Source of the DNA: Alkalilimnicola ehrlichii MLHE-1
Lineage (GTDB): Bacteria; Pseudomonadota; Gammaproteobacteria; Nitrococcales; Halorhodospiraceae
Length of the DNA: 32,000 nt
Reading direction: 5' to 3'
Assembly: GCF_000014785.1 (NCBI RefSeq)
Contig: NC_008340.1
Location: forward strand, 3,150,001-3,182,000
The notes beneath the pieces are model-generated. The model worked only from the letters and a program-made list of their open reading frames with translations. It ran no database searches and was not told the origin of the DNA. Shown one piece after another: positions 1 through 9,300 of the stretch (positions are counted from its first letter, which is position 1; each line of letters opens with the position of its first letter). A program made the position numbers and the translations under genes.

Positions 1-268
1 CTCGCGCGATCACGTCACCCCGGTGGCCCAGGGCGGCGCGGACCACTGGAACAACCTGGTGACGGCCTGCAAACGCTGCAACAACCACAAGGGGGCCCGG
101 ACGCCGGAAGAGGCCGGGATGGAGCTGTTGGCGGTGCCGTTCACACCCACCCACGCCGAGTATGTCTATCTGCAGGGCCGGCGCATCCTAGCCGACCAGA
201 TGGAGTTCCTGCGGGCCCATTTTCCCCGCTCCAGCCCGTTGCGCGAGCGCTGGAGCCGCTACACCTGA
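1..268 (+). CDS. HNH endonuclease, C-terminal part (truncated by window start)
   Basis: Frame open from the window edge; protein contains GGADHWNNLVTACKRCNNHKGARTPEEAG, the typical C-terminal half of an HNH motif (D-W-NLV-C--CN--KG). Stop TGA at 266-268. Confidence 0.85.
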   Translation, partial: SRDHVTPVAQGGADHWNNLVTACKRCNNHKGARTPEEAGMELLAVPFTPTHAEYVYLQGRRILADQMEFLRAHFPRSSPLRERWSRYT

Positions 269-275
269 GCCGTTC

Positions 276-944
276 TCAGCCGCTCGCCCGCATGCGCAGC
301 GTCTCGTAGCCGTTGTCCTCCAGGCGGGCGCGGATACGATCCAGCCGCTCGCCGTCGTCGAAGGGCCCGACCTGGACCCGGTGACGCACCTGGCCGCCGT
401 CAAGTTCCACCCGCTGGATCCGGGCCTCCACCCCCAGCAGCGCCAGGTTGGCGCGCATCCGCTCGGCATCCGACGCCCGCCGGAAGGACCCCGCCTGCAG
501 CAGGTAACGGTAACCCGGCTCCACCTCCGTGGGCCGACGGCTGACCTCCGGGGCCTCACCCGGCACCTCGCGGGCACGATCGGCCTCGGCCCGGCCCGCA
601 TCCGGGTGGTCCGCCTCCGGGACGGCCACCTCCTCCTCCGGCAGCAGGGTGTAGAACTCAAAGCGGGGCCGCTGCTGCGCCGGCTCTGGTTCCGGCTCAG
701 CCACCGGGCCCCGGGGTTCACCGACCGCGCCGGTGTTATCAGGCTCACCGATGCTGATATTCAGCCGGCCGTCCTGATGCGCCTCCCAGGCCAGCACCAG
801 CCCGGCACCCAGCACCACCCCCACCAGCAGCAACGCCCAACCGGGGGCGCCACCACCGCCAGCCGATCCGGTGGCCTTGCTACGGCGTCGCGGCGCCTGC
901 GGCGTGGCCCCACGAGTCGACTTCTTGCGCGGCCGCTGTGCCAT
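276..944 (-). CDS. SPOR domain-containing protein (FtsN-like: N-terminal TM plus C-terminal SPOR repeat)
   Basis: MAQRPRKKSTRG..., TM segment PGWALLLVGVVLGAGLVLAW, C-terminus YLLQAGSFRRASDAERMRANLALLGVEARIQRVELDGGQVRHRVQVGPFDD matches the SPOR pattern. Internal ATG at 944 preferred over the ORF-track start at 1025. Confidence 0.85.
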   Translation of the reverse strand: MAQRPRKKSTRGATPQAPRRRSKATGSAGGGGAPGWALLLVGVVLGAGLVLAWEAHQDGRLNISIGEPDNTGAVGEPRGPVAEPEPEPAQQRPRFEFYTLLPEEEVAVPEADHPDAGRAEADRAREVPGEAPEVSRRPTEVEPGYRYLLQAGSFRRASDAERMRANLALLGVEARIQRVELDGGQVRHRVQVGPFDDGERLDRIRARLEDNGYETLRMRASG

Positions 945-946
945 GG

Positions 947-2707
947 TCACATACGCTCCGGGGCCCTCACGCCCAACAACTCCAGCCCGTTCCGCAGCAC
1001 CTGGCGGGTCGCGGCCACTAGGCAAAGGCGGGCGTCCCGCAGGGCCGCGTCCTCGACGATAAACTGATGGGCGTTGTAGTAGGTGTGCAGGGCATTGGCC
1101 AGGTCACGCAGGTAGGCGGCCACCTGGTGCGGCTCATGGGCCTGAGCGGCGGACTCGATGACCTCGGGGTAGCGCCCCAGCTCGGTGACCAACGCCTGCT
1201 CGTGATCCTCGCCCAGCCGGTCGAGGGCGTCCAGCCCCCGTGCCCGATCCCAGACCAGGCCCTTCTCATCCAACTGACGGAAGACGCTGCAGATGCGCGC
1301 ATGGGCATACTGCAGATAGTAGACGGGATTGTCCGAGGACTCGGACTTGGCCAGCTCCAGGTCGAAATCCATGTGTTGCTCGGGCTTGCGCATCACATAG
1401 AAGAACCGGGCGGCATCGTCCCCCACCTCGGCGCGCAATTGGCGCAGGGTGACAAACTCACCGGAGCGGGTGGACATCTGCAACCGCTCCTGGCCCCGAT
1501 AGAGGATGGCGAACTGCACCAGCCGCACGGACAGGCGCTGCTCGTCCTCACCAAAGGCCGCCAGCGCGGCCCGCACCCGCGGCACGTAGCCGTGGTGATC
1601 GGCGCCCCAGACATCCACCAGCTGGTCAAAGCCGCGCTGCAGCTTGTCCAGGTGGTAGGCCACGTCAGAGGCGAAATAGGTGGTCTGGCCATTCTCCCGG
1701 CGCAGCACCCGGTCCTTGTCATCGCCGAAGGCACTGGAGCGGAACCACAGGGCGCCGTCCTGCTGATAGGTGTGCCCCGCCTCGGTGAGCCGGGCCAGGG
1801 CCCGCTCCACCTGCCCCGACTCGGTCAGCGAGCGCTCCGAGTACCAATTCTGGTAGGTAACGCCGAAGCCCTCGAGGTCATCGCGGATATCAGCCAGGAT
1901 ACCGTTCAGGCCCTGCTCGAAGACCTGACGGTAGCCGGCCTCACCCAGCAACGCCCGGGCACGGCGCACCAGGGCGTCGATGTGCTGCTCCCTGTCCCCG
2001 CCCTGCGCCGCATCCGGCGGCAGGTCGGCCATCACCCGGTCGGCCGGGTGGCGCAGGGCATCGCCGACCTGCTCCGCCAGGCCGGTGGCGATCTCCCGCA
2101 CGTAATCGCCCCGGTAGCCGTTGTCGGGGAACCGCACCGGCTCACCGCACGCCTCCAGGTAACGCAACCATACCGAGGCGGCCAGGATGTCCATCTGCCG
2201 CCCCGCGTCGTTGACGTAATATTCCCGATAGACGTCGTAACCGGCCGCCGCCAGCAGGTCGGCCAGCGCCGCGCCGAAGGCGGCGCCACGACCGTGCCCC
2301 ACGTGCAGCGGGCCGGTGGGGTTGGCGGAGACAAACTCCACCATGACCCTGCGCCCCGCGCCCAGGTCGCTGCGGCCGTAGTCCCCCGCCTGGCTCAGGG
2401 CCTGACGCACCGGCGCCCAGGCAGCCTGGGGCGTTAGGATGAAGTTGATAAAGCCGGGGCCGGCGATCTCGGCCCGGTCGATGTACTCGGAGCCGGGCAG
2501 CGCGCCCACCAGCGCCTGGGCAATCTCCCGGGGCTTGCGCCGCGCCGCGCGCGCCAGCATCATCGCCGTGTTGGCCGCATAGTCGCCGTGGGCCCGGTCG
2601 CGGGCCCGTTCCACCTGGATGTCCACCTCGGTATCCGGGGGCAGGAACCCCTGTTCACACAGGCGGCTCACGGCCTGTTGCAGGCAATGGGCGATGTGCT
2701 TTTTCAT
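947..2707 (-). CDS. argS: Arginyl-tRNA synthetase
   Basis: [16 protein letters not shown]..., [49 protein letters not shown] (class I HIGH-like signature of ArgRS), C-terminal [33 protein letters not shown]. Confidence 0.97.
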   Translation of the reverse strand: MKKHIAHCLQQAVSRLCEQGFLPPDTEVDIQVERARDRAHGDYAANTAMMLARAARRKPREIAQALVGALPGSEYIDRAEIAGPGFINFILTPQAAWAPVRQALSQAGDYGRSDLGAGRRVMVEFVSANPTGPLHVGHGRGAAFGAALADLLAAAGYDVYREYYVNDAGRQMDILAASVWLRYLEACGEPVRFPDNGYRGDYVREIATGLAEQVGDALRHPADRVMADLPPDAAQGGDREQHIDALVRRARALLGEAGYRQVFEQGLNGILADIRDDLEGFGVTYQNWYSERSLTESGQVERALARLTEAGHTYQQDGALWFRSSAFGDDKDRVLRRENGQTTYFASDVAYHLDKLQRGFDQLVDVWGADHHGYVPRVRAALAAFGEDEQRLSVRLVQFAILYRGQERLQMSTRSGEFVTLRQLRAEVGDDAARFFYVMRKPEQHMDFDLELAKSESSDNPVYYLQYAHARICSVFRQLDEKGLVWDRARGLDALDRLGEDHEQALVTELGRYPEVIESAAQAHEPHQVAAYLRDLANALHTYYNAHQFIVEDAALRDARLCLVAATRQVLRNGLELLGVRAPERM

Positions 2708-2853
2708 GCGGCGAGTCCGTTGCTGGGCAGTTGAATCGAAAAGGATTGGCGGGCGCAGTCTAACCGGCCGTTGCCCGGCCATGAAGCACCCCGTCGTGGA
2801 AGCGCCCTACTATACCAGCCGGCGCCGCGTTGCGCCGCACCAGACACCCCGCC

Positions 2854-3921
2854 ATGAGCCAACGCAAGATCATCCACGTGGACATGGATGCCTTCTACGC
2901 CTCGGTGGAGCAGCGCGACCGGCCCGGGTTGCGCGGCCGCCCGGTGGTGGTGGGCGGCGACCCCAACGGCCGCGGCGTGGTGGCCGCCGCCAGCTACGAG
3001 GCCCGCCGCCACGGCATCCACTCGGCCATGCCCGCCTGGCGTGCCGCCCGCCTCTGCCCGGACGCGGTCTTCCTGCGCCCACGGTTCGATGTCTACCGCT
3101 CGATCTCGGCGCAGATCCAGGCCCTGTTCCGGGAATACACCCCGCTGGTGGAGCCGCTGTCGCTGGATGAGGCCTATCTGGATGTCAGCGACTGCCCGCG
3201 GCGGGGCGGCTCGGCCACCCTGATCGCCCGGGAGATCCGCGCCCGCATCCACGAGCAGACGGGCCTGACCGCCTCCGCCGGGGTCTCCTGCAACAAGTTC
3301 CTGGCCAAGATCGCCTCCGATCTGGACAAACCGGACGGCCTCCACGTCATCCCCCCGGAGCAGGCCGAGGCCTTCGTGGCGGCGTTGCCGGTGGGGAAGA
3401 TCCACGGCGTCGGCCAAGCGACCCGGCAGAGGATGGAGCGGATGGGGGTCCGCACCGGTGCCGACCTGCGGCGCTTGACCCTGCTGGAGCTGCAGCGCGC
3501 CTTCGGCAGCCGGGCACGCTTCTATTACGAGCTGGCTCGGGGACGGGATGAGCGGCCGGTACGCCCCCGCCGGGAACGCAAGTCGGTGGGCGCCGAAACC
3601 ACCTTCGGCGAGGACCTCAACAACCCGGCGGAGATGCTGGAACGCATGGCCCCGCTCGCCGACAAGGTGGCCGCCAGCCTGCACCGCCGGGGGCTGGCCG
3701 GGCGCACGGTCACGCTGAAGGTGAAGTATCACGACTTCCGCCAGATCACCCGCAGCCTGAGCGGGCGCCCGGTGCAGTCCGCCGATGAGATCCGGGCCCG
3801 GCTCCCGGCCCTGTTGCAGGACACCGAGGCCGGCGACCGGCCGGTGCGGCTGCTGGGGGTGACGGTCTCGGGCCTGGTCACCGTTACCCCGGACCAGGCC
3901 CGTCAGCTGGCCCTATTCTGA
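2854..3921 (+). CDS. dinB: DNA polymerase IV (Y-family)
   Basis: MSQRKIIHVDMDAFYASVEQRD..., YRSISAQIQALFREYTPLVEPLSLDEAYLDVS, ARIHEQTGLTASAGVSCNKFLAKIASD are hallmark Pol IV motifs. Confidence 0.97.
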   Translation: MSQRKIIHVDMDAFYASVEQRDRPGLRGRPVVVGGDPNGRGVVAAASYEARRHGIHSAMPAWRAARLCPDAVFLRPRFDVYRSISAQIQALFREYTPLVEPLSLDEAYLDVSDCPRRGGSATLIAREIRARIHEQTGLTASAGVSCNKFLAKIASDLDKPDGLHVIPPEQAEAFVAALPVGKIHGVGQATRQRMERMGVRTGADLRRLTLLELQRAFGSRARFYYELARGRDERPVRPRRERKSVGAETTFGEDLNNPAEMLERMAPLADKVAASLHRRGLAGRTVTLKVKYHDFRQITRSLSGRPVQSADEIRARLPALLQDTEAGDRPVRLLGVTVSGLVTVTPDQARQLALF

Positions 3922-4209
3922 GGCCGGCCGCCCGACGGAGGCATCGCGCCCGCGCAGCCAACCGCCCAGGTCCGCCAGCAGGCCGTACACCGTGCCCCCC
4001 ACCACCATAACCACGAATACGAAGGCCGCGGTGATACCGACGCCCTCCCAGAAATGCTCACCGGTCATGAGACCGGCCGCCACCAGCAGCCAGCGCACCA
4101 GCAACAGCCCCAGCGCCGCGGCCACCATGCCCAGGCCGTAGAGCAGGGCGCCCTTGATCTCCTCGCTGCTGGAACCGGCCTCACCGCCCGGCTGCTGTTC
4201 GTCCGCCAT
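3913..4209 (-). CDS. Small hypothetical membrane protein (98 aa, about two TM segments)
   Basis: Contains GALLYGLGMVAAALGLLLVRWLLVAAGLM and GITAAFVFVVMVVGGTVYGLLADLGGWL; 3' end overlaps the dinB stop by 9 bp (convergent). Confidence 0.65.
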   Translation of the reverse strand: MADEQQPGGEAGSSSEEIKGALLYGLGMVAAALGLLLVRWLLVAAGLMTGEHFWEGVGITAAFVFVVMVVGGTVYGLLADLGGWLRGRDASVGRPASE

Positions 4210-4280
4210 CGCCCACCTCGCGCCGATGAACCACTATCTGAGGCCAGATTAGCACAGCGGGGACGGGCCCTTTACAATCC

Positions 4281-4501
4281 GTGGCAGGTGCCGGGCGCGG
4301 AGCCGGGGCGGCGAGTGCCGTCAGGCCGACTTTTGCGCACCGAGCAACGCAGGGAAAAATCGGATGAAGCGCGTGCCTGTTCGAGCGAAGCGAGTTCACG
4401 CGCGCCGATTTTTCCCGAGTAGCGCAGGGCACCCCGAAGGGGTGCGCAATCGGAGGCCTGACGGCACTCGCCGCCCCGGCTCCGCGCCCGGCACCTGCCA
4501 C
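4281..4501. repeat. 221-bp nested inverted-repeat element with perfect 47-bp terminal arms (MITE/REP-like or highly structured regulatory element)
   Basis: Left arm 4281-4327 (gtggcaggtgccgggcgcggagccggggcggcgagtgccgtcaggcc) is the exact reverse complement of 4455-4501. Inner pairings: TTGCGCACC 4333-4341 / 4441-4449; GGGAAAAATCGG 4352-4363 / 4405-4416; GCGCGTG 4369-4375 / 4397-4403; local hairpin GCACCCC-GAA-GGGGTGC 4429-4445. Confidence 0.93.
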
Positions 4502-4532
4502 CCCACGAGGACACCACAGGCTCAGGGCAGCT

Positions 4533-5588
4533 ATGAACGACCGCCTGATCACCCCGGACGCCTCCGGCGAGGACGAGGCCATCGACCGCGCCATCCGGCC
4601 GCGCCGGCTCACCGACTACATCGGCCAGCCGGTGGTGCGCGAACAGATGGAGATCTTCGTGCACGCCGCCCGTGGCCGCGGCGAGGCCCTGGACCACACC
4701 CTCATCTTCGGCCCCCCTGGCCTGGGCAAGACCACCCTGGCGCACATCATCGCCAACGAGATGGGGGTGAGCATGCGCCAGACCTCCGGCCCGGTGCTGG
4801 ACAAGCCGGGCGACCTCGCCGCCCTGCTCACCAACCTGGAGCCCCACGACGTCCTCTTCGTGGACGAGATCCACCGCCTGTCCGCCGTGGTGGAGGAGGT
4901 CCTCTACCCCGCGATGGAGGACTTCCAGATCGACATCATGATCGGCGAGGGCCCGGCGGCCCGCTCAATCAAACTCGACCTCCCCCCCTTCACCCTGGTG
5001 GGCGCCACCACCCGCGCCGGCCTGCTCACCTCGCCCCTGCGCGACCGCTTCGGCATCGTCCAGCGGCTGGAGTACTACAACGTCGCCGACCTGTCCGGCA
5101 TCGTGAAACGCTCGGCGCACCTGCTCAACCTCTCCATTGACGAGACCGGCTGCCAGGAGATCGCCGGCCGCGCCCGCGGCACCCCCCGCATCGCCAACCG
5201 CCTGCTTCGCCGGGTGCGCGACTATGCCGAGGTCCGCGCGGACGGCCACATCAGCGGCGAGGTGGCCCACGCCGCCATGGAACTGCTGAACGTGGACCGC
5301 AACGGCTTCGACGAGCAGGACCGCCGCCTGCTCCTGGCCATCATGGAGAAGTTCGATGGCGGACCGGTGGGCCTGGACAGCATCGCCGCCGCCATCGGCG
5401 AGGAGCGCGGCACCATCGAGGACGTGGTCGAGCCCTATTTGATCCAGCAGGGCTACCTCATGCGCACCCCGCGGGGGCGCATGGCCACCCGCAACGCCTG
5501 GCTGCACTTCGGCCTCAACCCGCCACGACAGCCGGACACCAGCCCCGACCTTTTCCAGGACGCGCCGCCTGTCGGCAGAGAACGATGA
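4533..5588 (+). CDS. ruvB: Holliday junction branch migration DNA helicase RuvB
   Basis: [57 protein letters not shown] (Walker A), [12 protein letters not shown] (Walker B), [27 protein letters not shown]-terminal [14 protein letters not shown]. Confidence 0.98.
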   Translation: MNDRLITPDASGEDEAIDRAIRPRRLTDYIGQPVVREQMEIFVHAARGRGEALDHTLIFGPPGLGKTTLAHIIANEMGVSMRQTSGPVLDKPGDLAALLTNLEPHDVLFVDEIHRLSAVVEEVLYPAMEDFQIDIMIGEGPAARSIKLDLPPFTLVGATTRAGLLTSPLRDRFGIVQRLEYYNVADLSGIVKRSAHLLNLSIDETGCQEIAGRARGTPRIANRLLRRVRDYAEVRADGHISGEVAHAAMELLNVDRNGFDEQDRRLLLAIMEKFDGGPVGLDSIAAAIGEERGTIEDVVEPYLIQQGYLMRTPRGRMATRNAWLHFGLNPPRQPDTSPDLFQDAPPVGRER

Positions 5589-6211
5589 GCACCGCCGCCG
5601 AGCTCCTGGCCGCTGCCCGCCAACTCGAGGCCCTGGGTCTGAACCAGGGCACCGCCGGCAATCTCAGTGTGCGCAGCGGCGACGGCCTCTGGATCACCCC
5701 CTCAGCCCTGCCCTTGGAGGGCCTGGCCCCGGAGGACATGGTCTACCTGGGGCTCGACGGCCGGTCGCAAGGACGACACCGGCCCTCCTCGGAGTGGCGC
5801 TTCCATCGGGACATCCTGGCCGCCCGCCCCGAGGTCGGGGCGGTGGTCCACAGCCACGCCCCCTACGCCACCACCCTCGCCTGCCAGCGCCGGCCGGTAC
5901 CGGCGTTCCACTACATGGTGGCGCTGGCAGGCGGCCACGACATCCGCTGCAGCGATTACGCCACCTTCGGCACCCAGGCCCTGTCCGAGGCCACCCTTCG
6001 GGCATTGGAGGGGCGCCGGGCCTGCCTGCTGGCCAATCACGGCATGATCGCGCTGGGCGCGGACCTGCCCGCCGCGCTGGACCTGGCGCGGGAGGTGGAA
6101 TACCTCTGCCGGCTCTACCACCAGACCCTGCAGACCGGCCGCCCACGGCTGCTCGATCGCGAGGAGATGGACCGCGTGCAGGTGCGATTCCAGGACTACC
6201 GCCGGCACTGA
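5585..6211 (+). CDS. Class II aldolase/adducin family protein, L-fuculose-phosphate aldolase (FucA)-like
   Basis: [85 protein letters not shown]; strong pattern match to FucA. ATGA overlap with ruvB. Confidence 0.85.
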   Translation: MSTAAELLAAARQLEALGLNQGTAGNLSVRSGDGLWITPSALPLEGLAPEDMVYLGLDGRSQGRHRPSSEWRFHRDILAARPEVGAVVHSHAPYATTLACQRRPVPAFHYMVALAGGHDIRCSDYATFGTQALSEATLRALEGRRACLLANHGMIALGADLPAALDLAREVEYLCRLYHQTLQTGRPRLLDREEMDRVQVRFQDYRRH

Positions 6212-6240
6212 CCGCCAACCCGCCCACACCGTGCCGCACT

Positions 6241-6267
6241 GGGCTACTCTGAGAGACAGAGTGGCCC
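6241..6267. other. Stem-loop between the aldolase gene and the glutamate dehydrogenase gene
   Basis: GGGCTACTCTG-AGAGA-CAGAGTGGCCC: 11-bp stem with one G-U wobble, 5-nt loop; not followed by a T-tract, so terminator status is unproven. Confidence 0.5.
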
Positions 6268-6313
6268 AACCAGACCACATCACAAAAAAACCAGCACGTT
6301 GGGAGGAAGCGGA

Positions 6314-9300
6314 ATGGTCTACGCCGTCGACCGGGAGCACGAGGAACTCATCCAGGTAGTCGTCGACCAAGTGGAACAGCGCTGGCCCCGGGAGCGGGCA
6401 GACGATGTAGCCGCCTTCCTGCGCCTGTACTATGAGGACGCCTCCCCCGAGGACCTGACCCAGCGCAATCCTGCCGACCTCTACGGCGCCGCCATCTTCC
6501 ATTGGCAGCTGGCACAGAAACGCCGCCCGGGCATCCCCCTCATCCAGGTCTATAACCCGTCACCGGAACGCCACGGCTGGGAGTCGACCCACACCATCGC
6601 CCAGGTGGTCACCGATGACATGCCTTTCCTGGTGGACTCCCTGTCCCTGGCGATGAACCGCCTGGGCCTCACCCTGCACCTGGTGATCCACCCGGTCATG
6701 GAGGCCACCCGCGACGGCAACGGCCGGCTCCAGGCCGTCCGGGCACTGGACCCGGACGCCCAGGCCGTTCAAGGCGCCGAGGCCTTCATGCACTTCGAGG
6801 TGGACCGCCAGTCCGGCGACGAGGCGTTGAACGCCCTGCGCGAAGAACTGGAAAAGGTCCTGCGAGCGGTTCGCCACGCCGTGGAGGACTGGCAACCCAT
6901 GCGTGAGCGCATGCGCCGTTGCATCACCAATCTCAAACGCAATCCGCCGCCCGAGAACGACGACGACCTGAGCGAGGTCTGCGACTTCCTGGACTGGCTG
7001 TCGGACAACCACTTCACCTACCTGGGCTACCGCAAGTACGACCTGCGCGAGGAGCGCGGCGAACTGCAGCTGCGTCCCCAGCGGGAGACCGGCCTGGGCA
7101 TTTTGCGCGACCGCGAGGGTGGCCGCTCCACCAGTTTCTCCACCCTGCCGGCAGCGGTCCGGCGCAAGGCGCTGGAGCCCTGCCCGTTGGTGATCACCAA
7201 GTCCAACTCCCGCTCCCTGGTCCACCGGCCGGGCTACATGGACTACATCGGCATCAAGCGCTACGACCGCAACGGTAAGGTCATCGGCGAACACCGATTC
7301 CTGGGGCTGTACACCTCCGCCGCCTACAACCGTAACCCGCGCGCCATCCCGCTGTTACGCCAGCGCATCCAGCGGGTGATCGACCGCTCCGGGCTGCACC
7401 CGCGCAGCCACGCGGGCAAGGCGCTGGTCAACATCATGGAGACCTACCCCCGCGACGAGTTGTTCCAGATCAGCACCGACACGCTCTACCGTACGGTGCT
7501 GGGTATCCTCCACCTGCAGGAACGCCAGCGGGTGCGGCTGTTCGCGCGCCACGACGACTACCAACGGTTTGTCTCCTGCCTGGTGTACGCCCCGCGCGAG
7601 CGCTACAACACCGAGGTGCGCGAGCAGATGCAGGCCATCCTGCAGGAGGAGCTGGGCGGCACCCGCAGTGAGTTCACCGTGCAGTTGTCCGAGTCGGTGC
7701 TGGCGCGCATCCACTTCATCATCCGCCTGGACCGCCCGGGCATCCCCGAGTACGACACCGCGGCGTTGGAGCGGCACCTGGCCGCCACCATGCGTTCCTG
7801 GCGCGACGACCTGCACGATGCGCTGGTGGAACACTTCGGCGAGGAGGTCGGCAACGCCCTGCACACCCGCTACGGGCGCGCCTTCAGCGCCGCCTACCGC
7901 GAGGACGTCTCGCCGCGCACCGCCGTGCTGGACGTTTCGCGCATGGAGCGCCTGGAGGCGGGCGATCTGGCCATGAGCCTCTACCGGGCGCTGGAGGCAC
8001 CGCCGGACGAGCTGCGGCTCAAGCTGCTCAAGCTGGGCGACCCGATCGTGCTTTCCGACGCCCTGCCGGTGCTGGAGAACATGGGCGTCGAGGTGCTGGA
8101 CGAGCGACCCTACGAGGTCCGTCCGGCGGATCGGCCCACCGGCTGGATGCACGACTTCGGTCTTCGCTACCCGGGCGCCGAGGACCTCAACCTCGATACC
8201 GTGCGTGAGCCCTTCCAGGAGGCCTTTATCCGCGTCTGGCACGGGGAACTCGAGGACGACGGCTTCAATCGCCTGATCCTGGCCGCCCGGCTCAAGCCCC
8301 GCGAGGTAGTGATCCTCCGCGCCTACTGCAAATACCTGCGCCAGGCCGGCACCCCCTTCAGCCAAAGCTATATCGAGGACACCCTCAGCCGTAACGCCGA
8401 GATCGCCCGGCTGCTGGTGCGGATGTTCCGCGCCCGCTTCCACCCGCGGTATCAGGACGCCCGACGCGAGGCCCGCCTGGCCACCGAGATCGACACCGCG
8501 CTGCGCGACGTGGCGAGCCTCGACGAGGACCGCATCCTGCGCCGCTACCTGGCCGCCATCCAGGCCACCCGCCGGACCAGCTACTACCGCGGCGTGGCGG
8601 CGGGCGAACCGGTAGAGCACATCGCCTTCAAACTCAGCCCCGAGACCATCCCCGGCGTGCCGAGGCCCCACCCCTGGGCGGAGATCTACGTCTACTCACC
8701 GCGGGTGGAGGGGGTGCACCTGCGGGGCGGGCCAGTGGCCCGGGGCGGGCTGCGCTGGTCGGACCGGCGTGAGGATTTCCGCAGTGAGATCCTGGGCCTG
8801 ATGAAGGCGCAGACGGTGAAGAACGCGGTGATCGTACCGGTGGGCGCCAAGGGCGGGTTCGTAGTCAAACGCCATCTTCAGGACCGCGAGGCCATGGCCG
8901 ACGAGGTACGCCGCTGCTACCAGGGCTTCATCCGCGCCCTGCTCGATGTCACCGACAACCGGGTGGCCGGCGAGCTGCAACCACCGCCGGAGGTGGTGCG
9001 CCATGACGCCGACGACCCCTACCTGGTGGTGGCGGCGGACAAGGGGACGGCCACCTTCTCCGACCTGGCCAATGCCATCGCCGCTGAGTACGACTTCTGG
9101 CTGGGCGATGCCTTCGCCTCCGGTGGTGCCCACGGCTACGATCACAAAAAGATGGGCATCACCGCCCGCGGTGCCTGGGAGGCGGTCAAGCGCCACTTCC
9201 GCGAACTGGGCCGGGATATCCAGAACGAGCCCTTCACGGTCGCCGGCATCGGCGACATGTCGGGCGATGTGTTCGGCAACGGCATGCTCCTCTCCCGCCA

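Noticed and set aside
1-268. HNH protein as part of a defence island or homing element
   Set aside because: Only the C-terminal part is visible and its neighbours (SPOR protein, argS) are housekeeping genes; nothing in the window supports defence or mobility.
1067-2437. 456-aa plus-strand ORF
   Set aside because: Antisense shadow of argS, no domain signal.
2708-2853. LexA/SOS box upstream of dinB
   Set aside because: Looked for a CTG-N10-CAG-type palindrome; none convincing was seen, so no SOS claim is made.
4272-4874. 200-aa minus-strand and 258-aa plus-strand (4364-5140) ORFs running through the palindromic element
   Set aside because: Their reading frames are shadows of ruvB and the inverted repeat; the apparent peptide repeats simply translate the palindrome arms.
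7355-8671. 438-aa minus-strand ORF (and 8696-9880, 6560-7294)
   Set aside because: Antisense shadows within the glutamate dehydrogenase gene.
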